DNA of 64,000 nt, from contig CM060731.1 in NCBI GenBank assembly GCA_030704615.1, positions 2,728,001 to 2,792,000 on the forward strand, written 5' to 3'. Below the pieces are notes generated by a model. The model worked only from the letters and a program-made list of their open reading frames with translations, was not told the DNA's origin and made no database searches. The stretch is from Takakia lepidozioides. Taxonomy: Eukaryota; Plantae; Bryophyta. Of this stretch, positions 13,219-24,203 are shown piece by piece. The first letter of the stretch is position 1, and each line of letters begins with the position of its first letter. Made by a program: the position numbers and the translations under genes.

Positions 13219-14289
13219 TTACTCACATGAAAAGTCATTGTGGACCTGCTTATCCTTGGGATCCTCATCATTTCGGATTTGAATCGTTTCAATTTGTGTG
13301 TCTGATGTAGAGCCAGACAAAAGGGGGAGGAGCACAGTCTTGTATAGGTCAGAGTCATCCTCCATGCCCAAAAAGGGTTCTTCCGCCTGCCTTGCACTCA
13401 TGGTAAGTTGCTCCTGCAACAGACAGGAGGACATGAACAGCTTGGAGGGGGGATTAACGAAGATGAAGATTGTGAAAGAAAACCAAATCTGAAGGGAGAA
13501 AACGAACCTGTGGATACTGAGAGGTCAACCACCCGTGTAGAATGGTGGCTGCATGACTCCAGTAGTGTCTGCATGAACGCTGGGGTTTTCTCTTTTGCAC
13601 CTTTCCAGGGAATGCCATCTGGTCTTTTGAGAGTCTGACTGGGCTGCATGAAGTTGTACAAAATGTCATCGACATGCGGCTCATACGGGGGATTGATGAA
13701 ACGCCCCTAGTCAAAAATCTCGAAGTTGCGGACGGAGGATGGTGTCTTTGAGGTGCAAATCCTCCGCAGGCAGATCGCCTCGAACATCCTCATCTGCAAA
13801 AGACTGAAGGTTAGGGTGCGAAACACAAACAATATTGAAAGTTTGTAGATTGGCACTTCAAAACATAGGCATGCAACATGCATCATAGATTCTTCTAGAG
13901 TTACGCTGTAGAAAACATTGAAACGCAACAATAAAGCATATCCAGGAGGGAGGCGTCATACCAGCTGACCAGGACAACCCCCTTTCACAAGGTAGAGGAT
14001 GTTCACACAATTCCATGTGCGCAGAACTTCAAACCCAGAGGACTTCAGGTACGATGCCAATGTCCGACGACTATCCTTGTCACATGACTGAAAGAGCAAA
14101 AAAGTCCCTGCATCAGAAAGGAAATAATTGCAGAACCCGAACACCCAACTCCAGTAGTTGTCATCGAATTTGTTCCAGCTTGGCGTCTTGCCTTTTGGAA
14201 GAACTTCTGGCATAGCCTGGCCGTCCGGGATGTCAAGAATGACCATGTCTACAGCAAACATTTTACACGAAGAAGGGACCAGTGCTCGC
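13219..14289 (-). pseudogene. Beta-class (N6_N4_Mtase-like) amino-DNA methyltransferase pseudogene with spliceosomal introns
   Basis: Motif IV-like VDMVILDIPDG precedes EKTPAFMQTLLESCSHHSTRVVDLSVSTG|ATYHECKAGGR/PFLGMEDD (motif X-I-II-like). Introns at 13961-13794 and ~13507-13414. In-frame TAG at 13707-13709 and a 1-nt frameshift near 13380. Confidence 0.7.
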
Positions 14290-14574
14290 CTGCGACAAAC
14301 ATGTTCAATTTGAGAACGAAGAGAAGAATGTTTGCAAAGAAACAAAGATCAATACTGTCAATGTCACTTACAAATGCAAAGGAAATAAAGTTAAATTCCT
14401 ACCAGATTAAGGAAAGAGATCATGTTATCCCAAGTAGGCGAAGGCACCCCAGTGTATAATTTCTTCCGACTCTCCATCATCGTCAGCCATCCCTCATTAA
14501 CAATCTTTAATCTCCCCTGCCAGCACGGGAAGGGTGTGGCCTGACATCGAACACGCACTGAACTGTGCAGGTCG

Positions 14575-15246
14575 AATCGTCGGATGATGACAACCAGCCG
14601 TTGTCATTCCTTCACCGACACCGTGCCCTTGTCATTCCTTCACCGACACTGTGCCCCTGTGAACCGTGCTTCATCTCACGCCGCTTAATCTCATGTTTCT
14701 CTTTCTCAAGCCGGTCCATCCCATGCTGGTCCATCTAGTCTCTCTCCCCCTCATGTAATTCCTTCCATTGCTACTCCGATCTTGGGAGATGATTCTTCTG
14801 TTGCGGGACTTCTGCAAGTCGAACCATCGGATGACGACGACCGGCCATTGTCGTTTCATCTGGACCGATGACGTCCGCATGTGAACCGTGCTCCATCGAC
14901 CCTCGCTGGTCCATCTCATGCCCATTCCTCTCATGTCGGCCCCTCTGATGTACGTGTGAGTAGCCTTCCTCATACGAGAAGCCTTCCTCATACGAGAAGC
15001 CTTCCTCATACGAGACCTGCTCCAAGGCCACCACGAAATCCGGAACAAGCCCATAAACGACAGAGAATTGTGCAACCTTTTGTTGGTGACCGATCTGTGA
15101 ACAGGCCTGATACCCTAGATGGTATTCATGATAGAAGTGGAAATCGACCAGAGAGACAACTGAACGTACTCCGAGGACGACTACAGGTCCAACGGCCAGT
15201 TACCTCTGGAAATGAAAGAACAGATGGAGATCATGATTCTAGCACT
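14575..15246 (+). pseudogene. C-terminal remnant of the copy B hAT transposase (continues at 24208-24224 and 41701-41773)
   Basis: SDDDNQP...QRIVQPFVGDRSVNRPDTLDGIHDRSGNRPERQLNVLRGRLQVQRP is homologous to ORF 36768-37751. Contains an 18-bp x3 repeat (SLPHTR). Confidence 0.8.
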
Positions 15247-17108
15247 TGTCAAGTTATTTTACCACTAGTGTGAAACTAGCTAGGAAATAGCTAGCTTTTA
15301 CATATTGACATTTGGGATTGGCCCAAGTGTCAATCCAGGGGTCAAGGCAGATTTAGGCCCTGGAGTGGTTATCTTCACGGCAAGCGCGGGAGGCTCATCT
15401 TTCTCGAGTTGAGCCTCACCGCGCCTAGCTATGGCGCCGTAGTGTGGATTCCCCATGGCGTGGGGTGCACTTGGCTTGACTTGTATTTGAGTGATGAGGT
15501 TATATATGCATGAGTTTATGCTTCAGCTTTGTGAGCTCGCATGAGCTTGTGCTTGTATTCTTCTTCTTTATCACTCGAGAAAGATCAGCTCGTATCTGTG
15601 AGTGCCAGATACGAGTTAGTTGTAGCACTTGTGGTTTTTGCTTGAGAATGAGAGAAACCAAGTTGTTATGCAAGGAGCACCGTGGAGCTCTTGGTTGTTA
15701 GAAGCGGAGGCGATGTGGGTTACGAGGTGGTAGACCTTGGCATTCGATCTTCAGCTTCAGAGATGAAAGCACCATGCTACAGGTAATTCTAGAGCACCTT
15801 GATGGTTTCAGATTGTGTACATGCATGAGCAAGCACGATTGGGAAGAGGACCAGTCAAGAGCAGGTTATAGTGGCTTTGGTGGCAAAGCTGAGAACTGGA
15901 CTGGGAATGCGAGCTTTCATTGTGTGAAGGATTGCAAGACCAAGCGAAAGGGCTGATTTGGCTTGGGGCAAATCAGTGCACTTTGTGGAGTATGGTAAGA
16001 TTGGGTTTCAATCTCGAGCTTCAGCATTGAGAGGGCTCTTGTCATGGCAAGAGCAAGGCTGGAACAGGAGCTAAGAGGTGCGGCAAGGCCATGGAATGTG
16101 CACCTAGGGTTTCAAAGCTTGGAAGAAGAGCTCTTGCACCACAAGAGAAGTGTCTTGTGGCTGGAAATGTAAGCCTTAGGGTTTCAGGAGCTGGGCAAAG
16201 GTTGTGGAGTGCTTAGTCTTGTCTTAGAGAGCATCAAGGAGCCAAGGAGCCAAGATAGGGGGCTGATATCTCTTGTGTGAAGAGGTTGCATGTGTGGAGC
16301 ATGTATTCAGCTCATTGAAGTTTCCATCTTCAAGCTTGGAGGGCAAGCAAGGAAGAGGGAAGGGCTGACTTCCCTTATGTGAGGGCAATGCATGTGTGGA
16401 GCATGCTATCAGCCTGGTGAAGGCTTGCACTTTCAGGTGTGGGAGTGCAAGAAAGGAAAGAACGGGCTGGTTTCCCTGTAGGGCATGTGGAGCATGCTTT
16501 CAGCCTGCTGAAGCTTGTATTTTCAGGTTTGTGGGTGCAAGAAATGAAGCAAAGGAGCTGATTCTCTTATGGTGAGAGTGGGGCATGTGTGGAGCATGCC
16601 TTCAGCCCATTGAGGCTCTTGTTTTCAAGCTTTAGAGAGCTAGAACGGAAGGTCCAGGGTTGGTTTCCACTTGGAGTGAAAGAAAAGCACTTGTAGGGCC
16701 TATGTGAGTTGGGGTTTCAACTTCAAGCTTGAAGGGAGCGCAACTCTTGAAGCAGCAGGTGTAGGGGGCTGGAATAGGCTCTAAGATAGATGTTATGGCC
16801 AAGGAGAGTGCTTGAATGAGTGCTCACAAGGGCTGGGAACCAGCAAGGCTTGGTTGTTTGCCATTGAGTTTAGTGGCGTGTTTGGGGAGGCTAAGTGAGA
16901 AAGAAGGCTTGGTTTGTGGCAACCACCTCATGGCTTAGGGCTACTATGGTGGTGTGTAGGAGTCGAAAGAGCAAGAATACCTTGCTGATTTCCTCACAGC
17001 CGCCATAGCTCGGTGGAAAGAAGCCTAGAGTCCAAGAGACACAAACCCTAGCTTGGCGGGCTAAACCCCTTGGAGAAATGGCTAAACTACCAGAGCGGCC
17101 ATGGATGG

Positions 17109-17700
17109 GGCTGTGACAGGCTGTGCCCAGTGGCCTGTGGAGCTGTGACGGGCTGTGCGGGCTGTGACAGGCTGTGCCAGTGGCCTGTGGGGGGCTGTTG
17201 TGACGGGCTGTGCGGGGTTGTGACAGGCTGTGCCCAGTGGCCTGTGGGGGGGCTGTGACGGGCTGTGACAGGCTGTGCCCGTGGCCTTTGGGGCTGTGAG
17301 GGTGAGGGGCTGTGACAGGCTGTGCACAGTGGCCTGTGGGGCTGTGAGGGGCTGTGAGGGGCTGTGGCCTTTGGGGCTGTGACCTCTGTGACCTGTGTCG
17401 GGCTGTGACAGGCTGTGTCATGTGGCCTATGGGGCTGTGAGGGGCTGTGATAGGCTGTGGCCTTTGCGGCTGTGACCCTGTGACCTTTGTAGGGCTGTGA
17501 CAGGCTGTGCCTGTGGCCTTTGGGGTTGTGATGGGGTGTGATAGGCTGTGACATGTGGCCTTTGGGGCTGTGACCCTGTGACCTGTGTAGGGTTGTGACA
17601 GGCTGTGGCCTGTGAGCTGTGTGGGCTTCTGCTGGTCTGTGGTGGCCCGTGTTGACCTGTGGATGGCCTGTGCTGACTTGTGGAGGCACTGGTGGACTGC
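17109..17700 (+). repeat. GGCTGTGA/GGCCTGTG minisatellite in the retroelement leader
   Basis: Dozens of degenerate GGCTGTG(A/C) units. Confidence 0.9.
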
Positions 17701-18346
17701 CTAAGGACTGGCATGTGGTCTGGAAGGCCGAATTTTGAAGCTCGTGGAGGGCGGTTTGAGGAGTATCTTCATGATATTCCCATGGTCATGCAAGTGAGGG
17801 AAGAGAGGAGAGGAAGAGTGTTGGGATGAGGGCATGCTGGGGTTAGGCATTGCTTTAGCTTCTCTTCCTCGTAGTTTCCACCCTCTCATTAGGCCAAGAC
17901 CTTTCCGTAGGTGGAGGCAAGAGTCAGTCCGGGTTTGGGCTGGGGTGTCATTGCAGGAGCAACACCGTGGAGTTGTTTTTGGTGTGGGGGAGTTGTCGTT
18001 CTGATTTCTTGTGTTTGGATCCCCTCCATACCTGCATGCTTGACTGTGCGCCATGCTAGTTTTGTGTGGGCGCTTGTTTTTATAGGTGATTGGTCCGGAT
18101 TTGATCACCGGCCAGTCCTAGAGCATGCTGTCGATGGTGAGGCTGGGGTGATGACCAGCCAGACCATCATTGTTTCTCCTGTGGTGAGGTTGGAGGTGAT
18201 GACCAGCCAACCATAGGAGTGCTTGCGGTGGATGCAGGTACAGGTGTAGGCTATGTTAGGAATTTAGTATTCCAAACCATAAGCCGCAACAGGTTCTCTA
18301 CCCGGTTACCTTGTGGAGAGGGGGTTAGGGACATGTTCATGACCGG

Positions 18347-19759
18347 TTGAGTGTCAACACGGAGGTGCCACTAGTTGCTGGGGGCAGTGCCGGTTCGAGC
18401 ACTAGCGATACTAGTGGGTACACGAGACGAGGTGTGCGGTTTAGGCCACCTTCACCTCCTGTGTCTTCTACGGAAGGTTCTGATTCGGATTGTGAATCAG
18501 GAGGACTCATACCGGCGGTGCAAGTTGTTTCTTTGCCATTGTTGTGGGACACAATGGAGGAGATGTATGGAGCTACCAAGGGGCCACGAAGGTACTCTGG
18601 GGCGGTGGGCACCATCGAGTTGGATGATTTTATCCAAGAGTTTGATAGTTGGTGTGATTTGCAGCAAATGCGCAATCCACAACTATTTACGCCTTTCATG
18701 GCATGGAAGGGGCTGTTTCAGCACCTTGAGGGGCCGCCTATGGATGATTACCATGAGTTCAGGCGGGGGCATGAGGTTGAGATCGAGGAGTGGAGGATGT
18801 ACTGGTCACCCAACTATGTCTCCATCACTAGGGGCACTAGAGCCACGAGGGCAGTGGCTACACCTGCCGCTGCACCGGCAGCTTCAGTAAGTAGCAGTGG
18901 GACTGGTAGTACAGTAGCTACGACGTCCACCCAAGCCACTACCGCACCAGCACTAGCACCCGTGCCTGCCTTCAACCCTGTTGTGGAGTTCTTCGAAGAG
19001 TTGAGAGGGAACTACCAAGGGGTGAGGACAGAGAAGTTGCGGAGCTTGCAAGAGTTCCAACGGAAGCCGACCGAGAGTTTGAGGGAGGCTTTCACTCGCA
19101 TGAGGCGCTTGATAAATGTAATCCAAGGGGTTACGGAAGCTCAGGCAGTCCAATTCTGGTATGGGATATTGGACAAGGAGCTGAGGAGAAGGGTGCAGGA
19201 TGCAACTCTCTTACAAGCGGCCCAACCCACCTTAGCAAATGTGTTTTTGCTGGCAGAGCGGATAGAGCTCAACATGGTGGAGGAACGAGTGGTCACGGTG
19301 GGATTTGCTAAGGAGACACCACGGGGTAGTGGTGCTCCTAGCCAACCACTACCTCAACGTGCTCAAGGCAACAAGAGGGCTCAGGTGAAGCTCAGGGAAG
19401 GGCAGAGAGGACCTCAGATGCAGGGGTCTCTCCCTTCATTTGCTGGCCAACAACGGGCGGATGTGGTGTGCTGGACATGTGGAGGACCCCATGTCAAGAA
19501 GGATTGCCCAGAGGGAGGCAAAGGGCCGGCACATGCACAGCCTGCACAGTTGCAGTATGGGCATTATGGCAAGCACGGGCATGGAGAGGCCCAGTGTTAT
19601 GGTTTGCATCCTGAGTTGCGCCCAGGCCAGTTCCAAGGGAACAATGGTGGCCGGGGGGGGGCGAGGTGGAGCAGCCCAGAGAGGACGAGGTGGCCAGCCA
19701 CGAGGTGCAGGCCAAGGGCAAGCTCAACATGGCCAAGGACGCGGAGATCAAGGTGTTGA
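18347..19759 (+). CDS. Retrotransposon Gag with CCHC zinc knuckle
   Basis: LQEFQRKPTESLREAFTRM capsid-like motif; CWTCGGPHVKKDC knuckle plus a second decayed knuckle. Confidence 0.85.
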   Translation: MSVNTEVPLVAGGSAGSSTSDTSGYTRRGVRFRPPSPPVSSTEGSDSDCESGGLIPAVQVVSLPLLWDTMEEMYGATKGPRRYSGAVGTIELDDFIQEFDSWCDLQQMRNPQLFTPFMAWKGLFQHLEGPPMDDYHEFRRGHEVEIEEWRMYWSPNYVSITRGTRATRAVATPAAAPAASVSSSGTGSTVATTSTQATTAPALAPVPAFNPVVEFFEELRGNYQGVRTEKLRSLQEFQRKPTESLREAFTRMRRLINVIQGVTEAQAVQFWYGILDKELRRRVQDATLLQAAQPTLANVFLLAERIELNMVEERVVTVGFAKETPRGSGAPSQPLPQRAQGNKRAQVKLREGQRGPQMQGSLPSFAGQQRADVVCWTCGGPHVKKDCPEGGKGPAHAQPAQLQYGHYGKHGHGEAQCYGLHPELRPGQFQGNNGGRGGARWSSPERTRWPATRCRPRASSTWPRTRRSRC

Positions 19760-20921
19760 CCAAGGCATGGCCAACCGGCTTCAGCAGCTAGAGCAGAGGC
19801 TTGCTGCCATGGCTATAGCTCAGGTGGTACCGGCTCTAAGGCTGGATGGTCCACCTCCTGCTCCTGAGGGAGGAGATATGGGAGGCATGGGATTCATGTG
19901 TGGAGCAGCACTACCACAAGTACAGGTGGAGTCTGCTGCAGCCGTGACTCGAGGAGCAGCACGAATTCCTGAGCCACGAGGTGCAGAGGTGGAGTTGGAT
20001 CCACAGCGTGGGGAGGCAAGCCGTCAGGCTAGGCTTCCTCAGTCATTCACATTGGCGGAGATAGTGTCGACGCCATCCATGGCACCTAGTTCTCGCCCGA
20101 CTGTTACCGAGGCGGAGGTTACTATGCCATTGGGGAGAGCTACACGGGTAGCACCACTACCTAGTGTCGCCAAGGCTACGGCAGCTAGTGTGCTGCTAGG
20201 AGCGGCCACATCTGTGTGCCAGGCTCTATTGTTCTCGGCTACCATGATTGCGACGCCGGGGGTAAGACCAGCTGAGGTGTTCAGGCTGGCAACTACACTC
20301 TGTGAGAGTGGGGAGGTTACTTCATCTTTTGCGGAGATTCTAGGAGGTGTAGTGCCGGAGGGATCCTTGGATTTGAGGGTCAAGACTGCCACGTCGGCGC
20401 CATGGCAAGCTACAGCTGCCAGGTTGATGGAGCTGCCAGCTAGGCCAGCCATTGAGCGCGCCATGGTGACACCTGGAGTTGTCATGTTAGACAACCAGGA
20501 TGGCATTTTCTGTTTGAGTGGACCGGCAGGCAAGAGGTACCGGCCACTGCGGGTCTTGTTGGACTCGGGAGCTAAGCCACTAATGCTGGGCAGAGCTGCT
20601 GTTGCAGGCTTGGGCCTCACGGAGGCGGATATGGAGCCTTGTCCTTTCCAGATACAGACGTCTCTGGGAGGATCGGAGCAAGCTCGGGGCATGACACGGC
20701 GTGAGTTGGCTATCAGACTACGGCCGGATCACCCTACAGATGGCTCAGTGATGCAAGCCAAGGCCATTGTGACAGACGCGGTCTCATACGATGTCCTGGT
20801 TGGTGGGGCAGTGTTGTACCCCATGGGCTTCACCCTGGATTTTTGGGAGGAGTCAGCTTCCTATAGGCTTGCATGGCAGTCAGGGGAGGGCCGGCGTGTG
20901 CAGCTCCTTGTGACGTCATAG
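19440..20921 (+). CDS. Gag-Pol continuation containing an aspartic protease
   Basis: RVLLDSGA active site and YDVLVG motif. Confidence 0.8.
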   Translation: MLANNGRMWCAGHVEDPMSRRIAQREAKGRHMHSLHSCSMGIMASTGMERPSVMVCILSCAQASSKGTMVAGGGRGGAAQRGRGGQPRGAGQGQAQHGQGRGDQGVDQGMANRLQQLEQRLAAMAIAQVVPALRLDGPPPAPEGGDMGGMGFMCGAALPQVQVESAAAVTRGAARIPEPRGAEVELDPQRGEASRQARLPQSFTLAEIVSTPSMAPSSRPTVTEAEVTMPLGRATRVAPLPSVAKATAASVLLGAATSVCQALLFSATMIATPGVRPAEVFRLATTLCESGEVTSSFAEILGGVVPEGSLDLRVKTATSAPWQATAARLMELPARPAIERAMVTPGVVMLDNQDGIFCLSGPAGKRYRPLRVLLDSGAKPLMLGRAAVAGLGLTEADMEPCPFQIQTSLGGSEQARGMTRRELAIRLRPDHPTDGSVMQAKAIVTDAVSYDVLVGGAVLYPMGFTLDFWEESASYRLAWQSGEGRRVQLLVTS

Positions 20922-21145
20922 GAGGAGTTGCGGTTGCCCAGCGAGGCAAGATGCCGACACTAGCAGCATTCACAGCGGCAGTGAGTTGGCTAGAGAGTTG
21001 CTTGAGGGCAATGCTCATTCAGAGGATGTACCACCTCCGGGGAGAGCAGGATGACATGTATGGTATGGCGGAGTTGCCTACCATGGTTGCTCAGACTCCA
21101 TTGTGGGGCACGAGCAAGGATTTGTAGCGGGATGCTGATCGACGG

Positions 21146-22345
21146 GTGCAACAAGCCTGGGTGGAGGCTTTTGTACCGTCAGGAAAGGAGGAGAGTGTGG
21201 GGATTGCACCAAGACCACCTCAATTGTCTCCATTGGACACCACACCTATTGTGTGGCAGTATCCGGATGAAGGCATTTGTCTTCTGGACTTGTTTGGCGG
21301 GATCAGCATCGGATTGGCTGCTGTGTTACAAGCAGGTGTACGAGTTCGGCGTTACCTGTATGTGGAGAGGGATGAGACTGCACGACGCGTTTCACTTCGC
21401 CATGTTGCTCAGTTGGTGCAGCGGTACCCTGAGTTGTTGTCGGTGTCTGCAATTCGTGGATATCAGCAGGCCTTGCCAGCAGACATTTCGTTGCTGGGGG
21501 CGCAGGATTTGGAGTGGGTTGGCTCCATTGATCTGGTAGTGGCAGGTTGGCCCTGCCAAGGGCATTCATCAGCCGGGCATGGCAATGGATTGCGAGACTC
21601 GAGGTCGGGTCTGTTTTGGGAGATGGTGCGGGTTTTGCGCCACTTGCAGCTTCATCAAGCTGTATCTCCAGCATACATCTTGGAGAATGTGCCACTGATG
21701 GGCGATTCTCGGGCCAGGGTGATGGCCAGTGTGCATCAAGTCCGGTCATGGCTTGGGTCAGCAGTGTTGCTAGATGCAGCTACAGTGGGGTCACAGGCTC
21801 ATCGTCCACGGCTATGGTGGACTAACTTGATGCCACCCGCACTGCTCAACCGTGCATTTGATGGGGTGCAGCGGCCAGCACATCTCATAGTGGATAGCAT
21901 TCTGGACACATGGAGGCAGTCTCAGCGTGTGAGACACGATGACTGTTCGCCTTTGGCAGTGGTCAACAAGGTGGGTCAACCACGAGCAGCATTACCTACA
22001 CTGCTCAGCTTCCCAGGATCGCATGCTTTCCGGGATAGTGGACCTGGCCTCCTGTGGGATGCTCAGTTGCAGCAGTTAGTGGAGCCTAATGCTGACGAGC
22101 GTGAGCGGGCAATGGGTTTTACCACTGGTACCACGGCAGTGTCGTCTCTTTCTGAGGCATCACGTCGTCAAGTGTTGGGGCAAGCAATGGATCTCAATTG
22201 TTTGACCTGGATTATCAGCTTGTCTATGGCTGAGCAACGCAGAGTGCGGAGTACACTTCCCTCGATGGTCTCTCTGCCTACCGAGACGGTACAAGCAGTG
22301 AGTGGGGGCGAGCCGGTGAGGACCACAGGGCGTAGTCATCCATGA
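21146..22345 (+). CDS. C5 cytosine DNA methyltransferase domain within the retrotransposon pol region
   Basis: Motifs in order: I LDLFGGIS, II YVERD, IV GWPCQGHS, VI ENV, VIII QAHRPRLW, IX ERERAMGF, X LGQAM. Confidence 0.92.
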   Translation: MQQAWVEAFVPSGKEESVGIAPRPPQLSPLDTTPIVWQYPDEGICLLDLFGGISIGLAAVLQAGVRVRRYLYVERDETARRVSLRHVAQLVQRYPELLSVSAIRGYQQALPADISLLGAQDLEWVGSIDLVVAGWPCQGHSSAGHGNGLRDSRSGLFWEMVRVLRHLQLHQAVSPAYILENVPLMGDSRARVMASVHQVRSWLGSAVLLDAATVGSQAHRPRLWWTNLMPPALLNRAFDGVQRPAHLIVDSILDTWRQSQRVRHDDCSPLAVVNKVGQPRAALPTLLSFPGSHAFRDSGPGLLWDAQLQQLVEPNADERERAMGFTTGTTAVSSLSEASRRQVLGQAMDLNCLTWIISLSMAEQRRVRSTLPSMVSLPTETVQAVSGGEPVRTTGRSHP

Positions 22346-22641
22346 CACACATGGGAGGTGCTCGAGATTCAGAGGGAGTTGGCAGCCAAGGCAGCTGTGA
22401 TAGATGAGGTTGGGGATTCTTCTCGGGTTGAGGAGGTCCTCAATGATGAGATGATGGGGCAGGATGAGGTCTTGTCATTGACTGAGCAGGCAGAGAGTAC
22501 TGCTCAAGAGATTGCAGCATAGCAACCACGGGACGCGTCCTCTACCTCTAAGTCTGCTGGACTTAAGGTTGCAGTTACGGAGGACAATTGAGAGCCTGAC
22601 ATTGGACCTATTGTCACTAGAGGAGAGAGACGACGTATACG

Positions 22642-23755
22642 GTGGTTCTTGAGGCTTGCATGAATTGCTTTGCCTCTTGTGCTACGGTGGAGGAGCATGA
22701 GAGACATGTTCAGGTTGTGCATCGACCGGGTTTGGTCAATAAGGATGCGGATGGATTGCGTCGCAATCCACGCACAAGCCAGCAAGATGACACTGGAGCT
22801 CGGTGGCATGGTGAGACGGACGAGGAGATGATGTCGGGATGGCACGCATCTGCATTTTTGTGTATCTTGGCATCGGGAGGTCAGGTTGGACCTACAACAG
22901 GGATGACTGTAGACGGAGTGTCTGAGGACCCTGAGGCTAGTGATGAGCCAGATGGTGCCAGAGATATACATGAGGATTCGGCTGTGTTGGACTACCTCCG
23001 CATGGGAGACACGGCAGCCACTGTGACTGTTGCGCAAGTATGGCTTGCAAAAGGGACACCTAGGAGATTGGGATCTTCAGGTTCCTTGGTTAGCCATGGG
23101 CTACAGGTTCAGCAAACAAACATCACTTGCCTCTTTCTCACCATATTTCCTTCTCTTTGGCCGAGAGCCGGATTTGTCTGCAGCCATTCGTAGGGACACT
23201 ACTCAAGTCCTTAACCTTGACGATCCGGACGTGTGGGTACGTGCATGTGATCAGCGTGAAGAATTGTTCAAGAAAGTCATGCCCATGGCTTTTGAGAACC
23301 TTGCCATTGCACAGCACCGTGATACGTTGAGGTATGCCACTATACGTGGTGGAGGATATCGTCCTGGGGTTCGAAGGTTTAGCCCTGGTGACTATGTTTA
23401 TTTGCAGCAGACTGCTCCTACGACTTTGGATGTTACTGCAGGGCGTGTTATTCTTAGGGTTCGAGAGGTGTTGCCCTCAGGGGTCCTGATCTTGGAGGGT
23501 CGGGATGGCATGACTTGGAAGGACCATGTGCGTAATTGTGCGCCATGTCACCTTCCCAATGTCGATGACAGAGTTGACCCAAACTTGGCAGTGGTACCTG
23601 CAGGTTTGAGGTGCATGCTCTGTGGGTCTGCCAAAGGGGCAGCCACCATGCTGGTGTGTGATCAATGCTCAAGGGGTTGGCATATGGGATGCTTGACACC
23701 ACCTCTTGAGAAGGTTCCTGACGGAGATTGGTTGTGTCCACACTGCTTGGGATAG
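22642..23755 (+). pseudogene. RNase H C-terminus, integrase C-terminus and PHD finger; RT and integrase core deleted
   Basis: VHRPGLVNKDADGL; DWDLQVPWLAMGYR...SPYFLLFGREP; FSPGDYVYL; PHD CMLC...CDQC...WHMGCLTPPL...GDWLCPHC. Confidence 0.85.
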
Positions 23756-24015
23756 TGGTAGTGGACATGACTGGAGGCAGCTAACAAGACATGGGAGGCC
23801 AAGCTCATAGGAGTCAATACATGAGATCCCAAGCTCAAGTTCACAGGTTGCAAGACGGCGACTAATGATGGGGCAACTCTTGCACCCGGCCTCTTGATCT
23901 ATCGAGTTTGAGTGTAGTAGGGATAGTGGTGGAGGACTTAGTGAGGCTATGGTCACTATCACATCTTGTGGCTACCTGGACTTAGAGGGACCTAAGCACC
24001 AGCTAGGGGGGCGAT

Positions 24016-24203
24016 TGTGTGGACTAGTGACTGCCATAGTGGGCAGCATAGTGGCAGCCTAGTGATTGACTAGTTGTAGCCTAGTGGTTGGACTAGTGGC
24101 TGGACTAGTGGTGGACTAGTGGTATACTAGTGTGTGGTGTGCACATGTGTTGTGTGGTTTTGGACAGCGATGTAGTTGTGTAGCGATATGTATGCGCACG
24201 ACA
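24016..24203 (+). repeat. Putative 3' LTR (~188 bp, rich in GGACTAGTG)
   Basis: Starts TGTGTG just after the PPT and ends CACGACA. Confidence 0.65.

Larger units (their letters stand above)
15247..24203 (+). mobile_element. Ty3/gypsy LTR retrotransposon derivative encoding Gag, protease, C5-methyltransferase, RNaseH/integrase remnants and a PHD finger
   Basis: TGTC...GACA termini flanked by a CACT duplication (15243-15246 / 24204-24207). Empty site TAGCACTGATCATGGG is present in copy A (~7818-7833, -). Polypurine tract at 24005-24011. Confidence 0.85.

Noticed and set aside
14500-14575. Left TIR/TSD of copy B
   Set aside because: No CCTRGTT motif or CCCAACAT duplication found here; the end appears deleted.
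16891-17714. Several 80-200 aa Pro/His/Thr-rich ORFs
   Set aside because: By-products of the GGCTGTGA minisatellite being open in multiple frames.
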